Source: Microcoleus sp.
GTDB taxonomy: Bacteria; Cyanobacteriota; Cyanobacteriia; Cyanobacteriales; Microcoleaceae
Direction of reading: 5' to 3'
NCBI GenBank assembly: GCA_052279835.1
Contig: CP181291.1
Location: 4,256,001-4,320,000 of the forward strand
DNA: 64,000 bases
Below the pieces are notes generated by a model that had not been told where the DNA came from, did not search any database, and saw only the letters and a program-made list of their open reading frames with translations. Made by a program: the position numbers and the translations under genes. Numbering within the stretch: the stretch's first letter is position 1; each line of letters opens with the position of its first letter. This document shows, piece after piece, positions 46,890-57,266 of the stretch.

Positions 46890-49800
46890 TTAATCTCTTT
46901 TTTGTCGCAGAGGAATCTCGATCGCAAATTCGCAACCTTCTCCCAATACAGAATTGCAAAAAAGCTCGCCACCGTGTTTTTCGGCGATAATTGACATGGA
47001 AATTGCTAAACCTAAACCAGTTCCCTTACCCACTGGTTTAGTGGTAAAAAATGGATCGAATAAGTGCTTCTTCACATCTTCGCTGATACCTGGTCCATTA
47101 TCCCTAATCCGAATCGCCACGCATTTATTTTCGGTTACTTCTGTGCGAATCGTAATTTCGAGATTTTTGGCTGCATTTGCCCGATTTCTGCCCTCCGTAG
47201 CGGATTTTTCCACCTCCATTTCTAAGGCATCGATGGCATTACTCAACAAATTCATAAATACTTGATTTAACTGACCGGGATAACACTCTATTTTGGGTAA
47301 ATCACCGTAGTGTTTAATCACATTAATAGGAGGGCGATCGGGTTTATTTTTGATGCGGTTTTGCAAAATCATCAGCGTGCTTTCTATCCCTTCGTGAATG
47401 TCCACTTTTTTCATTTCCGCTTCGTCAAGTCGGGAGAAAGTACGCAAACTTAAAACTATATCCCGAATGCGATCGGCTCCTAGTTTCATGGATGAGATGA
47501 TTTTTGGGAAATCTTCAAGAATATAATCAAGTTCGATGGTTTCTATTTCATCTAAAATTGTTGCGGTAGGCTCCGGGTATTCCTTCTGATAAATTTGGAT
47601 TAGTTTCAGCAAGTTTTGAGTGTATTCGCTGGCGTAAGTAAGATTACCGTAGATGAAATTTACGGGGTTGTTAATTTCGTGGGCGACACCAGCCACTAAC
47701 TGTCCCAAACTCGACATTTTTTCACTCTGAATTAACTGAGATTGGGTGCGCTGGAGTTGGTGCAAAGTTTCTTCTAACTGTACAGCTTGAGCTTGAGCTA
47801 ATTTTGCAGCAGTGCGGGTTTGGGTGTAAAGTTCGGCATGATCGATCGCGATCGCGATTTGAGCAGCCACTCCTTGCATCAGTTCCACTTCAGAATCGTT
47901 CCACTGTCGCATTTCCCCAGCTTGATAGCAGCCAATGGCTCCAATATCGCCGGAAGTAGTTTGAATTGGCAGCACTAGCATGGAAACGACTCCAAATGTT
48001 TGATGAATTTCGCCTATTTCTATATTGGGCAAACTACTAATATTATTAATTTGCAAAGTTTTCATCTGCCCAATATGCTGGGCTATAATACTAGAATTTT
48101 CGTCTACAAAACAGGCACCCAAAAAGCTGAGCAATGCCGGATTTTTGGCTTCGCAAGTTACTTCCCAAACTGCTGAATTATCATGGGAGCGATACCAAGC
48201 AAAAATGCACCAATCTAGCTGCATGAGATGGCGAATTTCTGCTACAGAAGTTTCTAAAATAGTCTCTAATTCTAAAGAATTGCGAATTTGGCTAGCAATT
48301 TGGTTTAGCAGTTGTTCGCGTCGAGCTTGCTGTCGGAGTGTTTGTTCCGATCGCAGTAACACTTCTTCGGCAAATTTGCGATCGCTCAAGTCTTGGACTA
48401 CTGCTTGGATCATTGTTTCATTGCCAACTTGGATGATTGTCAGCACGACTTCTGCCGGAAAATCCTTACCGTCCAAACGCTGGTGGAGCCAATCAAAACG
48501 GTTATGGCGGCGTTCAAAGGCGATGGCTATCATTTCGTTAGCCATACTCAAAGATGCTTTGCCACTAGGTTGGAAAGGTGGCGAAAATTGACCATAATTC
48601 TTACCTACAAACTGCTCTTTGCCCGTGCCTCCAAATAGTTCTAGGGTGGCATTGTTGACATCACGAATCCCATTTTCATCTAACATTAAAACAGCCAAAC
48701 TGGTTAATTCGTAAAGCGAGCGAAATTTAGCTTCCGACTGCTGCAATGCTGCTTCTGCTTTTTTGCGATCGGTAATGTCGGCAATCATTCCCAAAGCGCC
48801 GAGATAGTTTCCCTGTTGATCTAGCATGGGATTACTAGAAACTATCGCCCACAAATCACTGCCATCTCGGCGACGGAACTTGAAATCATGTTGTTCGCGG
48901 ATGCCTTGACGACGGCGTTCTAGATTGGCTTGAGAGATGGCAATACCTTCTTCATCCATGAAAGTAAATAACGGCTGTTGCATCATTTCCTCGGTGGTGC
49001 AGCCAAGCATATCAGCCATTTTTTGGTTGACAAAAGTAGTTTTACTATCGGCATCAATCATCCAAATTCCTTCGTCGGCTGTTTCTACAATGCACCTATA
49101 TTTTTCCTCGCTTTGCCGGAGTGCTTCCTCGGCTAATTGACTGTCAGTAATGTTTTGAGTCATCAGCAATCCGCCGGTGATTTCCTGCCGTTCGTTTCTG
49201 ACTGGCAAAGTATAGGCTAGGTAAGTGCGATGGTTGTAACTAAATTCTGTAACAACTGTTTCTCCCGCTAGTGCAGCCCGATAATTTGGCTCCACAGCAG
49301 CGCAGAATTCTGGAGGAAATATTTCCCAAATTGTCTTGCCTTCCATCAACTCTTTAGAAAGACCAACTGCTGCTAATTCTTTCCCTTCTACAAGGGTATA
49401 ACGGAATTCTGTATCAAAGAGCATCACCGCACCGTTAGGAAAATTGCTTGCCATAGTGCGGTAGAGTTGTTCGCTTTGTCGTAAGGCTTCTTCTGCTTGT
49501 TTGCGAGCGGTAATTTCAATAACTACTGCGCCAATGCCGATCGCCTCGCCACCTGCATCTAGTAGGGGAAAGTAAGAGGCAACGATGTGTACCATCACTC
49601 CGGGCTGTCTCACTTTTTCCGCGCTGAGTTCGACATTGAGTACGGGTTCTTTTGTCCTCAAAATTTGCTGGTATAAAGGATCGACTATGGGGGCGAGATC
49701 TGGTATGATTTCCTGCACAGTCTTGCCGATGTGGTCGGCTGGGCTGGCATCGTTCATTTCTGCTAACATTTTATTGATTTGTACGAATCGCAGTCCATCA

Positions 49801-50759
49801 TCCAAAATGCAAAGTCCTGCCGGCGCATCCTTGAAAAAAGCATCAAATCGTGCTTGTCGCACGGCTAATTCTTGTTCTAAAGCTTTGCGATCGCTAATAT
49901 CTGTTAAATAGCCAATCATCCCTATAACTTCTCCCATGCTGTCTTGCAATAGCGAAAGCACGAGGTGAGAATAAAAAATTTCTCCTGATTTACGACGTGT
50001 GATAACTTCCGTTTGATACTCACCTTTTTTTTGTAACACGCCGATCACTTTTTTTAACAAAATCTGGTGTTGTTCGGGCGGGTAAATGAGAGAAATATGC
50101 TTTCCTAATACTTCACTTTCTTGATAGCCGTATAACCTTTGGGATGCTTGATTCCAACTGGTGATGAGACCATCCATATTTGTACAAATCACCGCTTCTC
50201 GAATTTGGTCGATAATTTGACTGTGGTGACGCAACTTTGCTTGAGTTTGTTCAAGTTCGGCGATGGTTTGTTGGAGTTGTTCCTGAGTTTTTGCCAGTTC
50301 CGTAGTTCGCTGAGTTAGTAAGTTTTCTCGATTGAAATTGCTTGGCTGCGACAAAGATGCCGAGAGTAAGATACTGTTTTGAAGCCCCTCGTTGCCAATT
50401 TTTTCAGCAGTCAGCCACAGCCCAGGCTCTCCCTCTATTTCCACTGTCCACTGGGAAACGCGCACAGGTACGAGATGACCGTCTTTGTGTTGGTATGCTG
50501 CTGCACAGTGGTCTGTGCAGTTATGGTGGAGCTGATTTTCTGGCTTTTTTTTGTCTTGGGCTGTACATTCTGTGTGCAAAACTGCCCAGTAGTTGAGGGT
50601 GAGAGTTGTTTCAACTGTGTGGCCGATAATTGCTGCAAAGGCTGGATTTACGTCCAAAAAAGTCCCGTCCATCCGACACAAGGCAAGCCCCATGGGACTG
50701 ATTTCTAATAATTTGCGGTGGCAGGGATCGCTCCGGTCTTCTCCTAGCTGGCTTGGCAT
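46890..50759 (-). CDS. Multi-PAS GAF sensor histidine kinase
   Basis: About six PAS/PAC units (DISDRK, EITARK, DITDRK), GAF, EKMSSLGQLVAGVAHEINNP, FDPFFTTKPVGKGTGLGL. Confidence 0.93.
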   Translation of the reverse strand: MPSQLGEDRSDPCHRKLLEISPMGLALCRMDGTFLDVNPAFAAIIGHTVETTLTLNYWAVLHTECTAQDKKKPENQLHHNCTDHCAAAYQHKDGHLVPVRVSQWTVEIEGEPGLWLTAEKIGNEGLQNSILLSASLSQPSNFNRENLLTQRTTELAKTQEQLQQTIAELEQTQAKLRHHSQIIDQIREAVICTNMDGLITSWNQASQRLYGYQESEVLGKHISLIYPPEQHQILLKKVIGVLQKKGEYQTEVITRRKSGEIFYSHLVLSLLQDSMGEVIGMIGYLTDISDRKALEQELAVRQARFDAFFKDAPAGLCILDDGLRFVQINKMLAEMNDASPADHIGKTVQEIIPDLAPIVDPLYQQILRTKEPVLNVELSAEKVRQPGVMVHIVASYFPLLDAGGEAIGIGAVVIEITARKQAEEALRQSEQLYRTMASNFPNGAVMLFDTEFRYTLVEGKELAAVGLSKELMEGKTIWEIFPPEFCAAVEPNYRAALAGETVVTEFSYNHRTYLAYTLPVRNERQEITGGLLMTQNITDSQLAEEALRQSEEKYRCIVETADEGIWMIDADSKTTFVNQKMADMLGCTTEEMMQQPLFTFMDEEGIAISQANLERRRQGIREQHDFKFRRRDGSDLWAIVSSNPMLDQQGNYLGALGMIADITDRKKAEAALQQSEAKFRSLYELTSLAVLMLDENGIRDVNNATLELFGGTGKEQFVGKNYGQFSPPFQPSGKASLSMANEMIAIAFERRHNRFDWLHQRLDGKDFPAEVVLTIIQVGNETMIQAVVQDLSDRKFAEEVLLRSEQTLRQQARREQLLNQIASQIRNSLELETILETSVAEIRHLMQLDWCIFAWYRSHDNSAVWEVTCEAKNPALLSFLGACFVDENSSIIAQHIGQMKTLQINNISSLPNIEIGEIHQTFGVVSMLVLPIQTTSGDIGAIGCYQAGEMRQWNDSEVELMQGVAAQIAIAIDHAELYTQTRTAAKLAQAQAVQLEETLHQLQRTQSQLIQSEKMSSLGQLVAGVAHEINNPVNFIYGNLTYASEYTQNLLKLIQIYQKEYPEPTATILDEIETIELDYILEDFPKIISSMKLGADRIRDIVLSLRTFSRLDEAEMKKVDIHEGIESTLMILQNRIKNKPDRPPINVIKHYGDLPKIECYPGQLNQVFMNLLSNAIDALEMEVEKSATEGRNRANAAKNLEITIRTEVTENKCVAIRIRDNGPGISEDVKKHLFDPFFTTKPVGKGTGLGLAISMSIIAEKHGGELFCNSVLGEGCEFAIEIPLRQKRD

Positions 50760-50816
50760 CTGACCTGTTTGGGAGGGGCTAACTAATTATAATCTACTTT
50801 TATATTTTTTTTATCT

Positions 50817-50832
50817 TGTGATTTTTATCACC
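50817..50832. promoter_or_regulatory. CRP-like site upstream of the multi-PAS kinase
   Basis: TGTGA-TTTTTA-TCACC, about 57 bp upstream of the start codon. Confidence 0.4.
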
Positions 50833-50886
50833 ATTTCAGCAGTCAGTAGTTATTGGTTATTGGTTATTGGTTGTTGGTTATTGGTT

Positions 50887-51015
50887 ATATCAATTCCGGT
50901 TGTATCGGAATGATTTAACCTCGAAGCCGCGTTCGGCGAAGCCGTTCCCGTAGGGTAGGACGCGAAGCAAGAGAAGAGAGAGTTTAATACAGGACGATGA
51001 AGAGATGATTTATAT
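50887..51015 (+). mobile_element. MITE-like element with internal insertion, within a (TTATTGG)n array
   Basis: ATATCAATTCCGGTTGTATCGGAATGATTTAACC...GATTTATAT, flanked both sides by TTATTGG units. Confidence 0.7.
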
Positions 51016-51110
51016 TATTGGTTGTTTGTTTTTGGTTTTTGGTTATTAGTTATTGGCGATGCCGTGTCCTTCGACTCTGCCAATAACTAATAACCAATCA
51101 CTAGGTGTAA

Positions 51111-52505
51111 TTAATCGCGGGCTATGCCTTCGGATCGCGCTGCCAACTGCACTGCACTAGCGACAGCAGTGGCAACTCGCTCGTCAAATACAGAGGGTAT
51201 AATGTATTCTTTGTTGAGCTTGGAAGGGCTGACTAAAGAGGCGATCGCATAAGCTGCTTCCAAATACATATTGGTGGTAATCGTGGCAGCTTTGCAGTCC
51301 AAAGCACCTCGGAATATGCCGGGAAATGCCAAAACATTGTTAATTTGATTCGGGTAATCGCTACGCCCAGTTGCCACGATCGCCACATCATCCATGATTA
51401 GTTCTGGCTGAATTTCGGGAATCGGATTTGCCATGGCAAACACAATCGGATTCTCGGCCATGGAACGCACCATGGAGCGGGTCAGAACTCCGGGGGCGCT
51501 GACTCCTAAAAACACATCGGCACCGGCGATCGCATCTTCCAAGGTCCCGCCCGAAGCCACAGCAAACTCTAGTTTTTCTGCGTTCATGTCTGTGCGGTCT
51601 TTGGAGAGGACACCTTTGGAGTCGCACATGATGATGTTTTCGGCACCTGCTTTGCGTAACAAGCGGGCGATCGCCACTCCAGCGGCACCGGCTCCGTTAA
51701 TCACAATGCACACTTCGGACATCGATTTTTGTACTAATTTTAGGCTATTAATTAAGGCGGCCAAACTCACAATAGCAGTGCCATGTTGGTCGTCATGAAA
51801 AATCGGGATATCTAGAGTTTCCCGCAATCTTGCTTCGATTTCAAAACAGCGAGGTGAGGAAATATCTTCGAGGTTAACGCCGCCAAACACAGGGGCGATA
51901 TTCTGAACTGTCCGAATAATTTCCTCAGTATCTTGGGTATTCAAGCAGATAGGAAAGGCATCAATTCCAGCAAATTCTTTAAATAGCATGGCTTTGCCTT
52001 CCATGACTGGCAGTGCAGCCATCGGACCGAGGTTTCCCAGTCCCAAAACTGCGCTACCATCGGTAACAATCGCCACAGTATTTTGTTTGATTGTCAGGTT
52101 GTAAACTTGCTGGGGGTCATTGGCGATCGCCGTACAGATGCGGCCAACTCCAGGAGTGTATGCCATTGCCAAATCGGACTGGCGTTTGAGGGAAATTTTG
52201 CTTTCAACTCGGATTTTGCCACCGCGGTGCAAGTTGAAGGTGCGATCGTATACATCGAGCACTTTGATATTGGGCAGTGCTTTCACGGCTTGGACTATTT
52301 CTTCGCTGTGTTCGGTGCTCGAAGCATCGACAGTGATATCGCGAGTTGTAGTGGCGCGGGTTTGCTCGATTAAGTCAATTTGGCCAAAGTTGCCGCCAAC
52401 AGAGCCGATCGCGCTGGTGACGCCGGCTAGCATTCCCGGCTGGTTTGGCAGAGAAACGCGAATTGTCAAACTAAAGCTGGGATTCGGTGTCAGTTTTACG
52501 CTCAT
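51111..52505 (-). CDS. Malic enzyme with N-terminal ACT domain
   Basis: AYTPGV, VTDGSAVLGLG, EGKAMLFK, NLEDI, HDDQHGTA, GAGAAG, NQINN. Confidence 0.95.
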   Translation of the reverse strand: MSVKLTPNPSFSLTIRVSLPNQPGMLAGVTSAIGSVGGNFGQIDLIEQTRATTTRDITVDASSTEHSEEIVQAVKALPNIKVLDVYDRTFNLHRGGKIRVESKISLKRQSDLAMAYTPGVGRICTAIANDPQQVYNLTIKQNTVAIVTDGSAVLGLGNLGPMAALPVMEGKAMLFKEFAGIDAFPICLNTQDTEEIIRTVQNIAPVFGGVNLEDISSPRCFEIEARLRETLDIPIFHDDQHGTAIVSLAALINSLKLVQKSMSEVCIVINGAGAAGVAIARLLRKAGAENIIMCDSKGVLSKDRTDMNAEKLEFAVASGGTLEDAIAGADVFLGVSAPGVLTRSMVRSMAENPIVFAMANPIPEIQPELIMDDVAIVATGRSDYPNQINNVLAFPGIFRGALDCKAATITTNMYLEAAYAIASLVSPSKLNKEYIIPSVFDERVATAVASAVQLAARSEGIARD

Positions 52506-52988
52506 GGCTGAATTAAAGATTTGAGATTTCAGAATTTCGATCTTAGATGGAATTACTAACTTTATCTCAAAAATTTAATAATTTAAACTTCAAACATAAA
52601 TTTTTAATCTCTGTTTGCTGGTGGCGATCGGATTTTCCCTAAATAGCTATAAATTCCTGTTGCTGTCTTTTGATGCGAGACGCTTGGGGAATTTATGCCG
52701 CTTTTTGATGGCCAAAGTAGCGAACCAGGAAACACAAAGATGTGAAGAACGAATAAAATCAATGACTAGATCGATGCCAAAATTTCCTAACTGTCGAGAA
52801 GCTTGCTATAGATGCACCGCTGTTTGAGCCGGCAGGTAATATTCAGATCGACTGACAAGCTGGCATTTTATTGATAACAGTTGCTGCGCCGCCGAGCGCT
52901 ACTCTTATATAACGATCGAATTACCTGCACGTTTGGGCTTTGAAGAGAAATGCAATACAGCTTAAGTGCTGGTTGCTAATTGTAGATT

Positions 52989-53384
52989 TTAGCGATCGGC
53001 TGTTTCACAGTCACACAAAATAGAAAAGAATTTACAAGCTAGACAATCAGTGGGAACTTTTTCTAAGTTTTGTCGATCGACAGTTTCTAGGGCTGCACTG
53101 TCGGCGGGCTTGACGCACAGAGCAACTTGTCCGACTCCAGCCATAAGTTCGGCAACCCGCTCTAAAATACTTTCCATTTTGTTAATCAGTCGCTCGGCTG
53201 CTTCCAGGTTAGGCGCGATCACGAAAAAAGTTTTGACTCCTTCGGGACTGGGTGCGAAGCCGAGGGTGCACTCGCGTAATAGTGCTTGAGTTGAGAGACT
53301 CAAAGGGTCATCGAAGCGATCGATTACAGCTTGATAAAAGGCTTGAGTCAGAGAACGATCGCCAAAAATAGGTTGAGATAACAT
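52989..53384 (-). CDS. Hypothetical protein
   Basis: 131-aa ORF with AAGGAAG upstream; plausible composition. Confidence 0.6.
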   Translation of the reverse strand: MLSQPIFGDRSLTQAFYQAVIDRFDDPLSLSTQALLRECTLGFAPSPEGVKTFFVIAPNLEAAERLINKMESILERVAELMAGVGQVALCVKPADSAALETVDRQNLEKVPTDCLACKFFSILCDCETADR

Positions 53385-53627
53385 GGCAACTTCCTTTGGT
53401 AGGATCTTTAGGAGGATTGAAAAAATTTTAACATACCTTAATTTAATAGATTTAATTAAATTCGATCGCGATCGAGATCATCAACTAAATGTGATTTTTG
53501 AGGATTTGTGTAGCGTTCGCAACTGTGATAAAATCAGTTATGTGTTATCACGGCGAATAATTGACATCCCCAGACTAACGCCCCAGAAAAGTAAAAATAT
53601 TCCTAATTTTGGCTCTACTTATACAGT

Positions 53628-55385
53628 ATGTTCTCAACCACATCCCAGTTAAAAGCAAGATTTGACAAAGCATTCACCACAGCATTCGGGGAAAATCTAG
53701 CAGGTACCGATCCGATGCTGACAGCAGCAAGCAATCCCAACTTTGGGGATTTTCAGTGCAATGCGGCGATGAGTTTGGGGAAAAAGTTAGGAAAGCCACC
53801 ACGGGCGATCGCCCAAACCATCATCGAAAACCTCGACATCGCCGACATCTGCGAAACCCCAGAGATTGCTGGCCCTGGTTTTATCAATTTAAAACTCAAA
53901 CCGGCTTATTTGGAAGCGCAAGTTAGGGCGATGGCGATCGACTCCCGTTTGGGAATCGCACCCACAGAAACACCTCAAAAAGTGGCGATCGACTTTTCGA
54001 GCCCCAACATCGCCAAAGAAATGCACGTCGGGCACCTGCGATCGACTATTATCGGCGATGCGATCGCCCGCATCCTCGAATTTCTCGGCCACGACGTCAT
54101 CAGAATCAACCACATCGGCGACTGGGGCACCCAATTCGGAATGCTCATCGCCTATTTGCGCGAAGTTCACCCCGAAGCTCTCACAACTGCTGACTCCCTA
54201 GATTTAGGAGATTTAGTGGCATTTTACCGCCAAGCAAAACAGCGATTTGATGCAGACGAAACCTTCAAAGAAACCGCCAGACAAGAAGTAGTAAAACTGC
54301 AAGCCGGTGCCGAAGATACTCGTCGCGCTTGGAAATTGCTATGCGATCAATCCCGCCGCGAATTTAAAGTAATCTACGATTTGCTCGACATCAAATTAAC
54401 CGAACGCGGCGAATCCTTCTACAATCCATTATTACCCGCAGTAGTCGAAGATTTAACCAGTCTCGGTTTGCTAGTAGAAAGTGACGGTGCAAAGTGCGTT
54501 TTTGTAGACGGTTTTACCAACAAAGAAGGGGAACCACTGCCACTAATTGTCCAAAAAAGCGACGGTGGCTACAACTACGCCACCACCGATTTAGCAGCAA
54601 TCCGCTACCGGATCGAAGAAGACGGCGCAAAACGGATAATTTACGTCACCGATTCAGGACAAGCCAACCATTTTGCTCAAGTATTTGCAGTAGCCAGAAA
54701 AGCCAATTGGATTCCAGACAATGTGGAAATTGTTCACGTTCCCTTCGGTTTAGTATGCGGAGAGGATGGCAAAAGACTCAAAACTCGTTCTGGGGATGCA
54801 GTGCGGTTGCAGGATTTGCTCGATGAGGCGATCGTGCGAACCCGTGCAGATTTAGAAACAAGATTGGAAGATGAGAAAAGACAGGAAACAGAAGAGTTTA
54901 TTACTAACGTCTCTCAAGTAGTTGGCTTGAGTGCAGTCAAGTATGCCGACTTAAGTCAAAACCGGGCAAGTAACTATGTCTTTAGTTACGACAAAATGCT
55001 CGCCTTGCAAGGAAATACAGCACCTTATATGCTGTATGCTTACGTGCGCGTGCAGGGAATTCGCCGCAAAGGTGGGATTGATTTTGATAACTTAGATGCT
55101 GGTGCGAAAGTGATTTTAGAGTCGGATGCGGAGTTGGTATTAGCCAAGCATTTATTGCAGTTGAATGAAGTGATAAATGCAGTTAGTGGAGATTTATTGC
55201 CCAATCGGATTTGTCAGTATTTGTTTGAATTGAGTCAAAAATTCAATCAATTCTTTGAGCAATGTCCCGTGTTGAAGGCTGAGGAACCATTGAGGAGTTC
55301 GCGGTTAGTTTTGTGCGATTTGACGGCGCGGACTTTGCAGTTAGGCTTAGGATTGTTGGGAATTCAAGTCTTGGAGAGGATGTGA
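53628..55385 (+). CDS. argS: Arginine--tRNA ligase
   Basis: [51 protein letters not shown]. Confidence 0.98.
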   Translation: MFSTTSQLKARFDKAFTTAFGENLAGTDPMLTAASNPNFGDFQCNAAMSLGKKLGKPPRAIAQTIIENLDIADICETPEIAGPGFINLKLKPAYLEAQVRAMAIDSRLGIAPTETPQKVAIDFSSPNIAKEMHVGHLRSTIIGDAIARILEFLGHDVIRINHIGDWGTQFGMLIAYLREVHPEALTTADSLDLGDLVAFYRQAKQRFDADETFKETARQEVVKLQAGAEDTRRAWKLLCDQSRREFKVIYDLLDIKLTERGESFYNPLLPAVVEDLTSLGLLVESDGAKCVFVDGFTNKEGEPLPLIVQKSDGGYNYATTDLAAIRYRIEEDGAKRIIYVTDSGQANHFAQVFAVARKANWIPDNVEIVHVPFGLVCGEDGKRLKTRSGDAVRLQDLLDEAIVRTRADLETRLEDEKRQETEEFITNVSQVVGLSAVKYADLSQNRASNYVFSYDKMLALQGNTAPYMLYAYVRVQGIRRKGGIDFDNLDAGAKVILESDAELVLAKHLLQLNEVINAVSGDLLPNRICQYLFELSQKFNQFFEQCPVLKAEEPLRSSRLVLCDLTARTLQLGLGLLGIQVLERM

Positions 55386-55480
55386 TATCAAATTCGCTCT
55401 TCATCGGAATTATTCATCTCTTTCTCTTCTCTTTCTCTGTGTTCTCTGCGTTCTCTGCGGTTAAATCATTCCGATCCAAC
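55385..55480 (-). mobile_element. MITE-like element, reverse orientation, one end truncated
   Basis: ATATCAAATTC..ATCGGAATTATTC...GGTTAAATCATTCCGATCCAAC; starts at the last base of the argS stop codon. Confidence 0.7.
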
Positions 55481-55489
55481 AAAGGAGGA

Positions 55490-55987
55490 TTATTCTGCAT
55501 CAATGCCTTCCCACAGTTCAGAAAGCGGTACAGTCTCTCCTTTCATTGCTTCGTGCCATCCTTGACGAAAACACTCTTCTGCTGACTTCAGCGGTTCGTC
55601 AGCAAGAGCAATTTCTTGTTTTGCGCGTTGGGCAGCAGCAACAAGTTGTGGTTGCGTTTTCTTGAAAGATTCGTCCCATTGAAGCTCATCTTTTAAGTCT
55701 GCGATATACTCTTTCAAGTATTCTGCTACTTGCTGTTGTAAAGTTTCTGGCAAAGACTCCATCATCTCGATCGCTGCATCAATGCCATCCCACAGTTCCG
55801 ATACAGGTCTAGTTTTCCCTGTCTTTATTTCCAGCCATGCTTGCCGAAAACTTTCTTCGGGAGATGGCAGTGCCTCTTCATCTTCATTAGCAAGAACGAT
55901 AATGCGGACTCGGCGATCGGCAAATTTGGCTGATTGGGCGAGAATTTCTTCCCAGGTTCCCTCTAGTTCTAACACTTGTGTTGTCAT
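55490..55987 (-). CDS. Hypothetical protein, mosaic of antitoxin-like modules
   Basis: Internal repeat ESFRQAWLEIKTGKTRPVSELWDGIDA / ECFRQGWHEAMKGETVPLSELWEGIDA. Confidence 0.6.
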   Translation of the reverse strand: MTTQVLELEGTWEEILAQSAKFADRRVRIIVLANEDEEALPSPEESFRQAWLEIKTGKTRPVSELWDGIDAAIEMMESLPETLQQQVAEYLKEYIADLKDELQWDESFKKTQPQLVAAAQRAKQEIALADEPLKSAEECFRQGWHEAMKGETVPLSELWEGIDAE

Positions 55988-56167
55988 TTTTTTGATGGAA
56001 TTGTGTATGACTAAGTTTATTTTAGCGTGTGAAGAAGTGCGCTCTAGTACAATGACAGTAGCTTAATGAATTATAGAGAAGAATTTAGAATTATTTTAAT
56101 ACCTTCCCAGGATGGGCGATTTAAAAGATCTCAAATGGGTTCTATAGCGATTTCTAAAATCGATCGT

Positions 56168-57010
56168 TTATGGTCTTTTGTTAACAACCAAGCCCTCTAG
56201 AATGTGTTTAAACATTGTGACCACAATTTGGCGATCGTTATCCCTCACAAATATATCGTAATTGGGACTGGAATTAATTTCAATTAACCAGTAGTCGCCC
56301 TTTTGGTCTACCGCAATATCAAACCCACCATAGGTAACATTGATTTCCGCAAACACAGGCTGTACAAAATCTTCAATCTCAGAGATAATCTTGGAATCAA
56401 TGATATGCTTAGCTGTGGCTCCCTCCCAATGCAGCGGGCTTAAATTACCTGTAAATTTAGCGCCTAATTTATCTTTTTCATAGAGCAGAACTAGCTTTTG
56501 ATTGCTAAAAACTGCCCGATATTCATGGCGAATATCAATGTAATCTTGAGCTAGGCAAACATAGTCATAATCTTTGGTATTGACATTAAATACTGTTTCA
56601 ATAGCTGCTTGAATTTGCTCCAAGGTTTCACACAGGAACACATTATTTCCAGCGGAACCTCGATTTCTTTTGATAATCAGGGGCAATGAAAATACTTTAC
56701 TCACCTCGGTGGCAATTTCTTGACATTTTTGAATTTTCAAATATTCTCGATATTTTGACTCGCAAAAAGGAGATAAGAAACCCATTGTTTTTGGGGTTTT
56801 AATTTTACTATTCAGCAGTTGATAGGTATATTCTTTATCTTTAAATATTTGGACTATGGGTGCGCTATTAAACGGTGTAACATAATTTACAAAGTAATAG
56901 TATTGACCAGAATGTTGAATTCTGATTAAGTTTTGGTTGGGGGCAAGAATTTCATAATTGATATTTAACTGTTGACAAGCTTCAAGCACCAGACTGATAT
57001 TAGTTAGCAT
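56168..57010 (-). CDS. RimK-like ATP-grasp ligase
   Basis: FKDKEYT, PLIIKRNRGSAG, QDYI..EYR, GFD, WLIEINSSP; ATG 57010 preferred because the upstream extension is heptamer repeats. Confidence 0.82.
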   Translation of the reverse strand: MLTNISLVLEACQQLNINYEILAPNQNLIRIQHSGQYYYFVNYVTPFNSAPIVQIFKDKEYTYQLLNSKIKTPKTMGFLSPFCESKYREYLKIQKCQEIATEVSKVFSLPLIIKRNRGSAGNNVFLCETLEQIQAAIETVFNVNTKDYDYVCLAQDYIDIRHEYRAVFSNQKLVLLYEKDKLGAKFTGNLSPLHWEGATAKHIIDSKIISEIEDFVQPVFAEINVTYGGFDIAVDQKGDYWLIEINSSPNYDIFVRDNDRQIVVTMFKHILEGLVVNKRP

Positions 57011-57266
57011 AATGTTAAGTGGAAGGAAGATGGAAGAAGGAAGAAGGAAGGAAAAAACTATTCTCAATGCCCGATGCCCAATGCTCAATGCCCAATATCC
57101 TACAGTTAGATTAGCTCGATCGCCCCAATCCGATTCCTGCTAACCCGAAAATCGATCGCACCCTGGGGAAAATCGCCCTGAGTCTGGGCAGGATTCCGAA
57201 AATAGCCAAAAGTTAAGAGTAGAATAGTCCAAGAGCCGATCGCTCGATCGTAGTCTACAGCGAAAT

